A stretch of DNA of 64,000 nucleotides, taken from positions 9,204 to 73,203 of the forward strand of contig CAWCAH010000011.1 of NCBI GenBank assembly GCA_963793605.1, given 5' to 3'. This DNA is from an uncultured Thermoleophilia bacterium. GTDB lineage: Bacteria; Actinomycetota; Thermoleophilia; UBA2241. Made by a program: the position numbers and the translations under genes. The number at the start of each line of letters is the position of its first letter. Positions within the stretch are counted from its first letter, which is position 1. The notes below the pieces were generated by a model, which made no database searches, was not told the DNA's origin, and saw only the letters and a program-made list of their open reading frames with translations. Below, in pieces: positions 1 to 9,638 of the stretch.

Positions 1-1526
1 AGACGCTGAGCGAGTCGAGCACGGCGTTGAGGTTCTGGAGGTTGATGAGCAGGCCGGCCTTGCCGAGCGTGGCGAAGCGGTCGACCATCTTGGGCACGCC
101 GAGGATCTCGGGGCCGAGCATGTTGGCGCGCAGGTGACAGCCGCCGCGGTTGCTGGTGGCGTAGGCGAGGCCCTGGGCCTTCATGCCGCGAGGGTCGTAG
201 GCCGGCATCTCCATCTGCTTGACGCTCATGGAGAGGTCCGGGCGGCCGTGGAGCGCGGCGAAGCGCGCCGAGCCGAGCCCGAGCTCGGCGCCGAGGCCCT
301 CGCCGGCGGCCGTCGCCTCGGTCAGCTCGATGATCGCCCGCGCGTCGCCGAACCGCGGGCCGCCGGGCAGCACGCCGATCTCGGCGAGCTCCATGGCGCA
401 GGCGATGGTGGAGCCCATGGTGATGGTGTCCATGCCGGCGCGGTTGCAGGCGTAGTTGGCCTGCACGATCGCCGTGAGGTCGCTCACCCCGCACTGGGCC
501 CCGAACGCCCAGATGCTCTCGTATTCGGGGCCCTCCCCGCTCTCGCCGCCCGCCTCGGTGCGCCGGGCGCAGCCGATGATGCAGCCGCGGCAGGCGGACC
601 GGCGCACGACGTGCTCGCGCTTGAGCGCCTCGCCGGAGATGGCCGCGGCGCCCTCGAACCGGCGTCTCACGGTGGTTGCGCGTCGGCAGAGCCCCGGCCT
701 GGTCGAGCACATTGACGAGCACCGACGTGCCGAACTCCGGCAGCGCCGTCGAGGTGATCGGGTTGGACTTGAGCAGCTTCTCGGCCTCGTAGACGATGAA
801 CTCGAGGCGCTCGGGGTCGGCCACCGGCGGCTTGTGCGCGCCGCGTCCGTCGACGACCAGCGCCTTGAGCCGCTTGGAGCCCATGACGGCGCCGAGGCCG
901 CCGCGGCCGATGGAGCGGCCGCGGTTGTTGACGATGCTCGCGAACAGCACACCGCGCTCGCCGGCCGGGCCGATGACGGCGGACTCCGACCGGGGGTGCA
1001 ACTCGCCGAGCCGCGCCAGCGTGGACGGGACGTCGAGCCCCCAGAGGCCGGCGGCGGAGCGCAGCGCGGCGCCGCCGGGTCCGGCCAGCGGCTCCGCCGG
1101 GCCGTGCCGGTCGCGAGCGTCGGCGGCCGCGTCGAGACCGATGGTCACGTAGCCGGGCGCGTCCAGCGCGCCGGTGACGATCAGGTAGTCCCAGCCGAGG
1201 CGCCGCAGGGCGTTGCCGAAGTTGCCGCCGGAGTTGCCGTCGAACACCGTGCCGGTGAGCGGCGAGCGGCTGGTCATGCTGTAGCGGCCGCTCGCCGGCG
1301 CGCCGGTGCCTGTCAGCGGGCCGGGCGCCAAGACGAGCAGGTTCTCGGGCGCGAGCGGCTCGACCTCGTACAGCCGCTCGCGCAGCGCGAGGAAGGCGCC
1401 GAGGCCGCGCCCGCCGAGCCACAGGCGCGCGACCTCGGCGGGCAGCTGCTCTTCACTGCTGGTCCGGCGGGAGAGGTCGATGCGCAGGCCGCGGAGCGGC
1501 CGCAGAGCTGAGGCGGGTGGGGTCAC
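1..1526 (-). CDS. aor: aldehyde:ferredoxin oxidoreductase (AOR family); 3' end lies outside window; internal frame disruption
   Basis: Minus-strand translation from GTG at 1526 gives '..LRPLRGLRIDLSRRTSSEEQLPAEVARLWLGGRGLGAFLALRERLYEVEPLAPENLLVLAPGPLTGTGAPASGRYSMTSRSPLTGTVFDGNSGGNFGNALRRLGWDYLIVTG', the typical AOR N-terminal domain. Near position 1-130 a different frame gives 'GKAGLLINLQNLNAVLDSLSV', an AOR C-terminal motif, so there is at least one frameshift in between. TATACT sits 7 nt upstream of the GTG, suggesting a leaderless start. Confidence 0.7.
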   Translation of the reverse strand, partial: MTPPASALRPLRGLRIDLSRRTSSEEQLPAEVARLWLGGRGLGAFLALRERLYEVEPLAPENLLVLAPGPLTGTGAPASGRYSMTSRSPLTGTVFDGNSGGNFGNALRRLGWDYLIVTGALDAPGYVTIGLDAAADARDRHGPAEPLAGPGGAALRSAAGLWGLDVPSTLARLGELHPRSESAVIGPAGERGVLFASIVNNRGRSIGRGGLGAVMGSKRLKALVVDGRGAHKPPVADPERLEFIVYEAEKLLKSNPITSTALPEFGTSVLVNVLDQAGALPTRNHRETPVRGRRGHLRRGAQARARRAPVRLPRLHHRLRPAHRGGRRERGGPRIREHLGVRGPVRGERPHGDRAGQLRLQPRRHGHHHHGLHHRLRHGARRDRRAARRPAVRRRAGDHRADRGDGRRRGPRRRARARLGALRRAPRPPGPLHERQADGDAGLRPSRHEGPGPRLRHQQPRRLSPARQHARPRDPRRAQDGRPLRHARQGRPAHQPPEPQRRARLAQR

Positions 1527-1582
1527 CCGGCGAGTATAGACGCTCGCCCTGCCCGGGACCGCCCGCCGGGGCCGGGAGCGAG

Positions 1583-2663
1583 TCAGCCGGCGGCCGGAGA
1601 AGGGCCGGCCAGGGCGCGCCACTCGCTGAGCGAGAGCGCCGACTCCACCATCTGCGCGCCGTAGCAGTGCCGCATGCCCAGGCGCCGCATGCCGAGCTTG
1701 TCGAGCACGTGCAGCGAGGCCGCGTTGGCGGGGTCGGCCACGGCCACCACGCGCTCGAGGCGCAGGCCGGCGAACGCCCAGCGCAGGACGGCGCGCGCCG
1801 CCTCCGTCGCGTAGCCGCGACCCCAGGCGGCGTGCGAGAGCGTGTACCCGAGCTCCACGTCCGGGCCGCCCTCCAGGAACTGCAGCCCCGCCTCTCCGAC
1901 CACGCGCCCCGACGCGCGCTCGGCGACGGCGAGGAGGCCGAACCCGTGGTCGGCCCAGTGCCCGTCGGCGGTGCGCATGAGCGACCCGGACCGCGTTGCC
2001 GGTGAGCGGCCGGCGCTCGGCGCCCACGTAGCGCATCACCTCGGGGTCGCCGAACGCGGTCAGCAGCGGCCCGAGGTCGGGGCCGCCGAACCGGCGCAGC
2101 TCGAGCCGCTCCGTGCGCAGCGGCGGGCGGGCCGCCGCCTGCTCCGCCCGCCAGTCGGCGGCGGCCAGCTCGTACTTCTCCCAGCGCCTGCCCCAGTACT
2201 CGGCCTCGCCGAGCGCGCGCAGCCCGAGCTTGCGGAGCACCGTCAGCGAGGCGCCGTTCTCCGGCTTGGCGATGCCGACCACGCGCTCGAGGCCGGCCTC
2301 CTCGAAGGCGTAGCGCAGCGCCGCCGCGCCGGCCTCGGTCGCGAAGCCCGCGGCCCCAGGCCGCCGGCACCAGCGCGTAGGTGAGCTCCACGTCCGGGCC
2401 GCCGTCCAGCGGCTGCAGCCCGGCGATGCCGACCAGCCGCGCCGTGCCGCGCTCGTTCACGCGCCACTGCGCGTAGCCGAGGCGGCGCTGCATGTCCGCG
2501 AGGTGCGCCGCCCACTCCGCCGGCCTGCCGCGAGGTCCGCCGGCGGCGCGCTGTTCCAGTACCGCATGACCTCGGGCGCCGCGAACACGGCGTACACGGC
2601 GGCGCCGTCGGCGGCGGTCAGCGGCCGGATGGACAGCCTGCGGGTGCGGAGCGGGAAGGGCAT
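1583..2663 (-). CDS. tandem GNAT (RimJ/RimL-like) N-acetyltransferase domains; either two adjacent paralogous genes or one two-domain protein; at least 3 frame disruptions
   Basis: N-terminus 'MPFPLRTRRLSIRPLTAADGAAVYAVFAAPEVMRYW', then 'GIAGLQPLDGGPDVELTYALVPAAWGRGFATEAGAALRYAFEEAGLERVVGIAKPENGASLTVLRKLGLRA..'. The second domain reads 'PPLRTERLELRRFGGPDLGPLLTAFGDPEVMRYVGAE..FGLLAVAERASGRVVGEAGLQFLEGGPDVELGYTLSHAAWGRGYATEAARAVLRWAFAGLRLERVVAVADPANAASLHVLDKLGM'. I could see no in-frame stop between the two domains. Confidence 0.6.
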
Positions 2664-2779
2664 GGAGCAAGGATACAGGCGGGAACGCCGACGGCGGCGG
2701 GAGGAGCTGCCCTGCAGCCCCGCCCGCCGCCGTCCGGATCACCGTCGCCGGCGACTCGCCGCCGTCCGTCCTCGTCCGG

Positions 2780-4107
2780 CTACAGCGCCTTGCGCTTGTC
2801 GACGACGCGCACGGCCTTGCCCTCGGAGCGCTGGATCGTCTTCGGCTCCTTGAGCTTGACCGCGCACTGGATGTTGAGCACGTTGTAGATCTGCGCCTGC
2901 ACGCCGCGCTGGAAGCGCTCCAGGTCGCCCATGGTCTCGGCGAAGAGGTCCTCGCCCACCTCGACCCACACCTCGATGATGTCGAGGTAGCCCTTGCGGT
3001 CCACGACGATCTGGTAGTGCGGCTCGATCGACGGGATGCTCATGAGCACCTCTTCGATCTGGCTCGGGAAGACGTTGACGCCCCGGATGATGAGCATGTC
3101 GTCGCTGCGCCCGATGGGCTTGCTCATGCGCACCGAGGTGCGGCCGCAGGCGCACGGCTCGGCGATGAGCGTGCACAGGTCGCGGGTGCGGTAGCGGATG
3201 AGCGGCTGGGCCACGCGGCTGAGCGTGGTGAAGACGAGCTCGCCGACCTCGCCGTACGGCAGCGGCCGCAGCGTCTCGGGGTCGATGATCTCGGCGAGGT
3301 AGTGGTCCTCGTTGACGTGCATGCCGGCCTTGCACAGGCACTCGTAGCCCACGCCGGGGCCGCCCATCTCGGAGAGGCCGTAGATGTCGAGCGCGTGCTC
3401 GCCGAGGCCGGCCTCGATCTGCACGCGGAGCTCGTTGGTCCACGGCTCCGCGCCGTGGAAGCCGACGCGCAGCGGCAGGTCCTCCGGCCGCAGGCCGCGG
3501 TCGCGCGCCGCGTCGGCCAGGTACATGGCGTAGGACGGCGTGCAGCTCAGGGCGGTGGCGCCGAAGTCGCGCATGATCTTGAGCTGCCGCTCGGTGTTGC
3601 CGCCGGAGATGGGCACCACGGTGCAGCCCAGGCGCTCGGCGCCGAGGTGCAGGCCGAGCCCGCCGGTGAAGAGGCCGTAGCCGAACGCGTTCTGGAGGAG
3701 GTCGCCCGGCGCCACGCCGCCCGCGGCGAGGGTCCGGGCGATCAGGTCGGCCCAGAGGTCGATGTCGCCGCGCGTGTACCCGACGGTGGTCGGGTTGCCG
3801 GTGGTGCCGGAGCTGGCGTGCACGCGCACGACGTCCTCGCGCGGGCTCGCGAACATGCCGAACGGGTAGTGGTCGCGCAGGTCGATCTTGGTGGTGAACG
3901 GCAGGCCGGCGACGTCGCCGTGGCCGGTCACGTCGCCGGGCTTGACGCCGAGCTCGTCCATGGCCTTGCGGTAGAAGGGGACGTTGCTCGTAGGCGTTCT
4001 GGAGGGTGGCGCGCAGGCGCTCGATCTGCAGCGCGCCGAGCTCGCTCCGTCGGCAGCGTCTCCGCGGCCGGCTGCCAGTACAGCCCGCCGGCCGCGTCCG
4101 TGGTGAG
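2780..4107 (-). CDS. paaK: phenylacetate-CoA ligase (PaaK family); 1-2 frame disruptions near the N-terminus (extra C at about 3985)
   Basis: 'SELGALQIERLRATLQNAYE / NVPFYRKAMDELGVKPGDV..LPFTTKIDLRDHYPFGMFASPRED..SSGTTGNPTTVGYTRGDIDLW..' matches PaaK through to the C-terminus 'VRVVDKRKAL'. The 809-aa six-frame ORF is a read-through of three separate genes, not one protein. Confidence 0.8.
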
Positions 4108-4125
4108 GTGCTCTCGTCAGCCGGC

Positions 4126-4540
4126 TCACAGCGCCCGCACCTCCGCGTCGCTGAGCATCGCCACCTTGTCCTTGAGCAGCTCGACGGCGCGGTCGATGTC
4201 GCGCACGGCGAAGCAGATGTTCCAGAAGGAGATGCTGTACAGGTAGTCGATGGAGACGCCGGCGTCGCGCGAGCTGGTCGAGCACGCCGGCGAGCCCGCC
4301 GGGCACGTCGTCGACCTTGACGCAGATGACCTCGGAGAAGTGCGTGGTGAACCCGGCGTCGTGCAGGAGCTCACGGGCCCGGTCGGGGTCGGTGAGGATG
4401 AGACGGACGATGCCGTACTCGGCGGCCTCCGTCGTGGAGAACCCGCGGATGTTGATGCCGGCCTGACCGAGGATGTCCGCCACCTCGGCGAGACGCCCGC
4501 TGCGGTTCTCGAGGAACACGGTGAGCTGCTTGACCTTCAC
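4126..4540 (-). CDS. ACT-domain protein (arylpyruvate-cluster associated); one frame disruption
   Basis: 'VKVKQLTVFLENRSGRLAEVADILGQAGINIRGFSTTEAAEYGIVRLILTDPDRARELLHDAGFTTHFSEVICVKVDDVPGGLAGVL' in one frame, C-terminus '..ISFWNICFAVRDIDRAVELLKDKVAMLSDAEVRAL' in another. Its GTG start overlaps the iorB stop (GTGA). Confidence 0.7.
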
Positions 4541-5135
4541 GACTCGGCCTCCTGGGTCGCGACCGCGGCGCGCCCGAGCTCGAACGCGCGCAGATTGACG
4601 TCGAGGATCTTGGCGGGGACGGCGGCCTCGAGGCCGCGCCGCCAGTCTTCTTCGCTGAACGGGAGCACGGCGGAGGCGGCGCCGAGCAGGGCCACGTTGA
4701 CGGCGCGCAGGGTGCCCGCCTCGCGGGCGAGCCCCTCGGCGTCGAGCGCGATGAGCCGCACGCCGTGCCTCTCGGCCGCGGCGGCCAGATCGTCCGGGTA
4801 GTCCTCCTCGCGGCGCAGCACGCTGCCGGGAGTGATGCGCGTGGTGGCCGCGCAGACCATCGTGCCGCGCGGACCCCAGCAGGCCGAGCCCGCGGATGCC
4901 CTCGAGCAGCTCCGTGGCGATGACGACGTCCGCGTGCGGCGAGACCGGCGACCACACGTGCTCACCGAACCGCACCGTACTGAGCACGCTGCCGCCGCGC
5001 TGCGCCATGCCCTTGACCTCGCTGGCCTTGACCTCCAGGCCGGCCAGCGACGCCGTCTCGGCGAGGACCGCGGCGCCGAGCAGGATGCCCTGGCCGCCGA
5101 CCCCGACGAGCGAGACGGTGGTCGTGCCGCTCACG
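4537..5135 (-). CDS. iorB: indolepyruvate:ferredoxin oxidoreductase subunit beta (IorB); one frame disruption
   Basis: 'VSGTTTVSLVGVGGQGILLGAAVLAETASLAGLEVKASEVKGMAQRGGSVLSTVRFGEHVWSPVSPHADVVIATELLEGIRGL', with the C-terminus in another frame ('..DYPDDLAAAAERHGVRLIALDAEGLAREAGTLRAVNVALLGAASAVLPFSEEDWRRGLEAAVPAKILDVNLRAFELGR'). Its GTG start overlaps the iorA stop (GTGA). Confidence 0.8.
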
Positions 5136-6931
5136 TCCCGCCGCCCGCCGGCTCGAGGGTGAGCGCCTTGCGCTTGCACACCTCCACGCACAGGCCGCAG
5201 CCCGTGCACGAGTCGAGGATCTCGATGAAGTCCTCACCGGGCGCGATGGACGGGCAGCCGATATCCACGCACAGGCCGCAGAGGTTGCAGCGCTCCTCGT
5301 CCACGCGGACCTCGCCGGCCACCTCGCGCGTCATGAGCACGCACGGCGCCAGCGCGACGAGGACCCCGAGTCCCGGCGCCTTGGCCTCGGCCTTGACCGC
5401 CGCGTCAAGCGCCTTGTGGTCGTTCGCGTCCACGGTGACGCAGCGCACGCCGATGCCCTCGCAGAGCTTCTGGATGTCGACCGTCGGGCCCCTGCGCGCG
5501 GTCCGGGTGCAGCCCCGTGCCGGGGTGACCCTGGTGACCGGTCATGGCGGTGGTGCGGTTGTCCAGGACGACGAGCATGCCCTCGACCTCGTTGTAGAAC
5601 GCGTCGATGAGCGGCGTGACGCCGGAGTGGAAGAACGTGGAGTCGCCGATGACGCCCACGGCCGCCTTCTTGCCGAGCGCCTTGTTGAAGCCGGCCATCA
5701 TGCCGACGCTGGCGCCCATGCACAGGCAGCTGTCCATGGCCAGCAGCGGCGGCAGCGCGCCCAGCGTGTAGCAGCCGATGTCGCCCATGGGCGCGAGCTT
5801 CTGCTTGCGCAGCGAGGCGAACACCGAGCGGTGCGAGCAGCCCGGGCAGAGCACGGGCGGGCGCACCGGCAAGCCTGCCGCCCGCTTGGGCGGATCCGCC
5901 AGCTTGGGCGCCGGAGGCAGCACCGGCCTGCGGCGCCGCGGCGGCTTGCGCAGCACGTAGGGCTCGAGCGCGCGGAAGACGGTCTCCTGGTCCAGCTCGC
6001 CGTCGGCCGGGATGGCGGCCTTGCCGACCACCGGCAGGCCCAGAGCGCGCACCTGGTCCTCGAAGAACGGGTCGAGCTCCTCGACCACCGCGACCCGCGA
6101 GACGTGCTCGTACAGTCGCGTGACCTTGGCGTAGGGCAGCGGGTGCGACATGCCCAGCTTGAGGAACCAGGCCTTGGGGAACGCCTCGCGGGCGTAGGAG
6201 TAGGCGATGCCCGAGGCGATGATGCCGAAGTCGGAGGAGCCCGCCTCCAGCACGTTGAGCGGGCTCTCCTCGGCGCGCCGGCGCAGCTTCTCGAGCCGCT
6301 CCAGCACGACGCGGTTCCTCTGCCGTGCGTACTGCGGGACCATGACGTACTTGCTGATGTCCCGCGCGTAGTCGCGCGGCGGCGCCTCGACCGGCACGCG
6401 CGGCAGCACCTGCCCGCGGCCGTGGGAGATGCGCGTGGTGGTCCGCAGCATCACCGGCGTGTCGAACTCCTCGGAGAGCGCGAACGCCTCGGCGACGAAG
6501 TCGTAGGCCTCCTGGCTGTCCGACGGCTCCAGCATCGGTATCTTGGCGAACCTGGCGTAGTTGCGGTTGTCCTGCTCGTTCTGCGACGAGTGCATGCCGG
6601 GGTCGTCGGCGCTGATGATGACGAGGCCGGCATTGACGCCGGTGAGCGAGAGCGTCATGAACGGGTCGGCGGCCACATTGAGGCCGACGTGCTTCATCGT
6701 GACGATGGTGCGCACGCCGGCGAGCGACGCGCCCACGGCGGTCTCCAGCGCGACCTTCTCGTTGACGCACCACTCGCTGTGGATGCCCTGGAGCCTGGCG
6801 GTCGCCTCGATGATCTCCGTGGACGGAGTGCCCGGGTAGCCGCAGGCGAACCCGGCTCCGGCGCGCACGGCGCCGTGAGCGATGGCCTCGTTCCCGGAGA
6901 AGAAGAGCTGGCGTTCCATGGGGAAGCGCAT
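5131..6931 (-). CDS. iorA: indolepyruvate:ferredoxin oxidoreductase subunit alpha (IorA; TPP-binding plus 2x[4Fe-4S]); one frame disruption at about 5470
   Basis: The 508-aa N-terminal ORF '..MERQLFFSGNEAIAHGAVRAGAGFACGYPGTPSTEIIE..VLDNRTTAMTGHQGHPGTG' plus the C-terminal 105-aa ORF 'VTVDANDHKALDAAVKAEAKAPGLGVLVALAPCVLM..CNLCGLCVDIGCPSI..CTGCGLCVEVC'. The shift sits at a GGGCCC run. Confidence 0.85.
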
Positions 6932-7076
6932 TCTACCCGAGGCTGCATCCCCGGCGCCACTCGAGATCGGCCCTCACAGACCCCGGCGGCGGCTGCGGGC
7001 GGCAGGCGGGCTGATGATCTTGCCCGGCGCGCGATAATCGTCATCCTCACACTCAAGAATCACCCTCAACCAGACC

Positions 7077-7105
7077 TTGAAGGATTCGCGATCCGGTGGC
7101 AGAAT
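7077..7105 (+). promoter_or_regulatory. candidate sigma70-like promoter (TTGAAG, 17-nt spacer, CAGAAT) in a lower-GC divergent intergenic region
   Basis: Seen directly in sequence. It sits in the 230-bp iorA/7162-gene intergenic region, which is visibly AT-richer than the flanking DNA. Confidence 0.3.
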
Positions 7106-7161
7106 AGTCACGGCATGCAGCGCGCAACCTTCACGCCTCGCATGACTCGGACGGCGGCTGA

Positions 7162-8162
7162 GTGAGCCGCCAGCCTCGCAGACGCCGCGACCCGGCGCTG
7201 CTGCGGGCACGCTACCGGACCCTCTTCTTCCTGCTGCTCGCGCTGGCGGCGCCGGCGCTCGGGCACCCCGGCGCGGCGGCGCCCGCCCTGGCCGGAGTCC
7301 TCATGGGCGTGTACTCGGTACGGGTGGCGCGCATAGCGCCCCGCCGAGCTCGCGCACACCTTCGTCGTCCTGGACTGGGCGCTCCTCGGCGTCACGCTCG
7401 CGCTCTCCGGCGGCGCCGAGAGCTGGCTGCTCCTCGCGGTGCCGTTCCTCGTGCTCGGCCAGCTGGCCGGGGCGCCCCGTGAGGAGTGGGTCTTCCTCGC
7501 CGGGCCGTCACTGCTTCTCGTCGTGATCCTCGCCATCGCCGACCCCGCGCTCGCGCGGGAGCCGGTTCCTCTCGGTCGCCAAGGTCGTGGTACTGGTCGC
7601 CGGCGGGTGCGTGGCCGCGACGCGCCTGCGGCGCACGCCGGCCGCGGCGCACCGGCGCGAGCCGCACGCGCCCAAGGTCGACGTCAGTACCGGGCTCTCC
7701 ACTGCGGCGTGCCTGCCGGAGTTCCTCGAGAGCGGGACGGCGGCCGCGCTCGAAGAGCACCGGCCGCTCAGCGTGGTGTACCTGCGGCTGGAGCACTTCG
7801 AGGACAGCCGCAACTTCCTCGGCGCCGAGGGCAGCGAGGAGCTGGTCCGCGGCGTCGCCCGGCGCGCGGAGCGCCGCACCGGCTCCGACGGGCGCGCCTT
7901 CCGCGTCAGGCCGGACAGCCTCGTGCTGGTCCTGCCCGGCCTGTCCCTCGCCGAGGCGCGCGCGACGGCGGCAGAGCTCGCGCACGACGTGAGCGCCAGC
8001 CTCATCGGCGGGCGCCGGCAGACGCTGGCGACCGGCGCCTCCTCGTTCCCGACCGTGCGCCGCATCGATGACCTCCTGGCCGCGGCCCGGGACGAGGCCC
8101 TGCCGGCCCGGGTCTCCACCGAGGTCGCCGGCACCGTCATCCCGCTGGCGGCGGCCCAGTAG
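7162..8162 (+). CDS. membrane-anchored protein with a degenerate GGDEF domain (GGDEF replaced by RVRPD); 2 frame disruptions
   Basis: TM N-terminus 'RTLFFLLLALAAPALG..ELAHTFVVLDWALLGVTLALSGGAESWLLLAVPFLVLGQLAG..WVFLAGPSLLLVVILAIA', then '..VDVSTGLSTAACLPEFLE..HRPLSVVYLRLEHFEDSRNFLGAEGSEELVRGVARRAERRTGSDGRAFRVRPDSLVLVLPGLSLAEARATAAELAHDV', a GGDEF fold that lacks the catalytic motif. Confidence 0.55.
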
Positions 8163-8217
8163 CCGATGCGTCTTCGGTCCTTCGCCGGTCAGACCGGCCT
8201 CGCCGCTCGATGAGCAT

Positions 8218-8240
8218 GCGGGCCGCTCCCACGGCCCGCG
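8218..8240 (+). terminator. possible intrinsic terminator hairpin (8-bp GC stem GCGGGCCG / CGGCCCGC)
   Basis: Inverted repeat followed by GTCTTG, about 55 nt after the stop of the 7162-8162 gene. Confidence 0.3.
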
Positions 8241-8277
8241 TCTTGCCACTCCCCATGCGCCTCGCTAGTCTGAGGCT

Positions 8278-8576
8278 GTGGAGATCGACATCAGCAGCCT
8301 GCAGGTGCCGGAGGGCGTGGCCGTCCAGGTCAAGGTACGGCTCTCGGGGCGTGAGAGCAGCCGGCTGTTCGTGAGCGGAGACACGCTCCTGCAGCTCCCG
8401 CTGGAGGGCGCGCTCCCCGACCCGGACGGCTCCCCCGTCCCCCGCAGCAGCATCTACCTGAGCGAACTGGCCGGCAGGCGCGACGGCCTCGTCCGGATCT
8501 TCGCCGCCGGCGGCGACGCGGACGCGTTCTGCCGCCGCCGTGCGCACCCAACTCGAGACCGCCTTGGAGGCGTCAT
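8278..8576 (+). CDS. hypothetical protein; one frame disruption at about 8520
   Basis: 'MEIDISSLQVPEGVAVQVKVRLSGRESSRLFVSGDTLLQLPLEGALPDPDGSP..', with the C-terminus '..AVRTQLETALEAS' in an alternate frame. Its stop overlaps the ATG of the next gene (ATGA). Confidence 0.4.
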
Positions 8577-8916
8577 GACCGAGCAGGCCGACACCCTCGC
8601 CGCCCAGCTGGCCCCGTACCGGCAGACGCCGGGCATCGTCGCCGCGCTGCTCGTCTCGCGCGACGGCTTCGTCGTCGCCGCCGACACCGAGCCGGAGTTC
8701 AAGGCCGACGCCGTCGCCGCCCAGGTGGCCGGCGTCATCGACATCGGCGCCCGCCTCGCGGCCGAGCTCGGCCGGCCGGGCGCGCGCTACATCTCTCTCG
8801 ACCTCGACGGTCTCAACGTCGTGCTCGCCCCCTTCGACGGCGAGTTCATGCTCGTGCTCGCGGGTCTGCCCAGCGCCCTCACCTGCGACTACCGCCTCGT
8901 CAAGCCAGGCGCCTGA
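8573..8916 (+). CDS. roadblock/LC7 domain protein (MglB-like)
   Basis: 'MTEQADTLAAQLAPYRQTPGIVAALLVSRDGFVVAADTEPEFKADAVAAQVAGVIDIGARLAAELGRPGARYISLDLDGLNVVLAPFDGEFMLVLAGLPSALTCDYRL'. Confidence 0.75.
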
Positions 8917-8958
8917 CCGCCCTGCCGCACCGCGGCCGGACCGACCAAGGAGAACCTC

Positions 8959-9552
8959 ATGGAAGACGCGGTCGAACAGCTCGACAACCTGGCGCGGAGC
9001 GTCGGCGAGTGCACCCGCTGCGAAGAGCTCGTAGCGAGCCGGCTCCGCGCCGTACCCGGCGGCGGCCACCCCCACTGCTCGGTGATGGTCGTCGCGCTGC
9101 ACACGGACCCGCAGGACGAGGAGGACGGCGGTCTGGCCGGCGAGACGCTGCTCGCCGACCTCGCCGAGTTCATGCCGGCCCTCGCCGACAGCCGCGACAA
9201 GGTGTACGTCACGGCTCTCGCCAAGTGCGTGCCGCGCAGCGACTGCGCCGTGCGCGGCCCGCTCCCCCAGGAGCTGGGCAACTGCTACCCGTACCTCTCC
9301 AAGGAGCTCACCATCACCACGCCGCACTACGTGCTCACGGTGGGTGAGGAGACCACGCGGTTCCTGCTCGGCAAGCTCTTCAAGGACCAGCCCTACGAGC
9401 CGGGCGACTCGCTCGAGCTGCGCTTGTTCGACAACCCCGCCTTCAAGGTCGTGCCGGTGGCGACGCCGGACGAGCTGCGCGAACGCGACCCCAAGGCACG
9501 CGAGGAGTACGTCAAGCGCCTGCGCACGCTGGCGCAGGTGATGGGGCTCTAG
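8959..9552 (+). CDS. uracil-DNA glycosylase superfamily protein (family-4-like, divergent motifs)
   Basis: 'CTRCEEL..RAVPGGGHPHCSVMVVALHTDPQDEE..KVYVTALAKCVP..TTPHYVLTVGEETTRFLLGKL'. The fold and N-terminal Cys pair are family-4-like, but the canonical GEAPG and HPSP motifs are altered. Confidence 0.5.
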   Translation: MEDAVEQLDNLARSVGECTRCEELVASRLRAVPGGGHPHCSVMVVALHTDPQDEEDGGLAGETLLADLAEFMPALADSRDKVYVTALAKCVPRSDCAVRGPLPQELGNCYPYLSKELTITTPHYVLTVGEETTRFLLGKLFKDQPYEPGDSLELRLFDNPAFKVVPVATPDELRERDPKAREEYVKRLRTLAQVMGL

Positions 9553-9565
9553 AGACGTTCCGCCT

Positions 9566-9610
9566 GGAGGCCGCCGGTGCGGGCGCGCAGCGCCCCCGCC
9601 GGCGGCCTCC
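9566..9610. terminator. nested GC hairpin between convergent genes (12-bp stem GGAGGCCGCCGG / CCGGCGGCCTCC; the loop is itself palindromic)
   Basis: Seen in sequence between the UDG-like stop (9552) and the MttB-like stop (9639). Confidence 0.3.
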
Positions 9611-9638
9611 GTGCGTACGCCTCCGTCGAGGCAGGGCG

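Noticed and set aside
667-1422. Numerous long Arg/Ala/Pro-rich ORFs on both strands (for example 667-1422 minus, 9871-12027 minus, 17214-19736 plus, 17299-19203 minus, 20286-21896 plus, 21943-24717 minus, 30638-33943 plus, 48512-51061 plus)
   Set aside because: They are antisense or out-of-frame to clearly homologous genes and have 'RRRGRR..'-type composition, which is typical of GC-rich non-coding frames. They are artifacts of 72% GC.
2780-5209. 809-aa ORF that looks like one giant protein
   Set aside because: Homology shows it is a read-through of three separate genes (iorB, the ACT-domain gene and paaK). Their real frames are joined only because high GC removes stop codons.
8278-8916. Single 212-aa ORF spanning the small unknown gene and the roadblock gene
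   Set aside because: An alternate frame gives a clean C-terminus '..AVRTQLETALEAS*' whose TGA overlaps the roadblock ATG (ATGA). This is two coupled genes with a frame disruption in the first.
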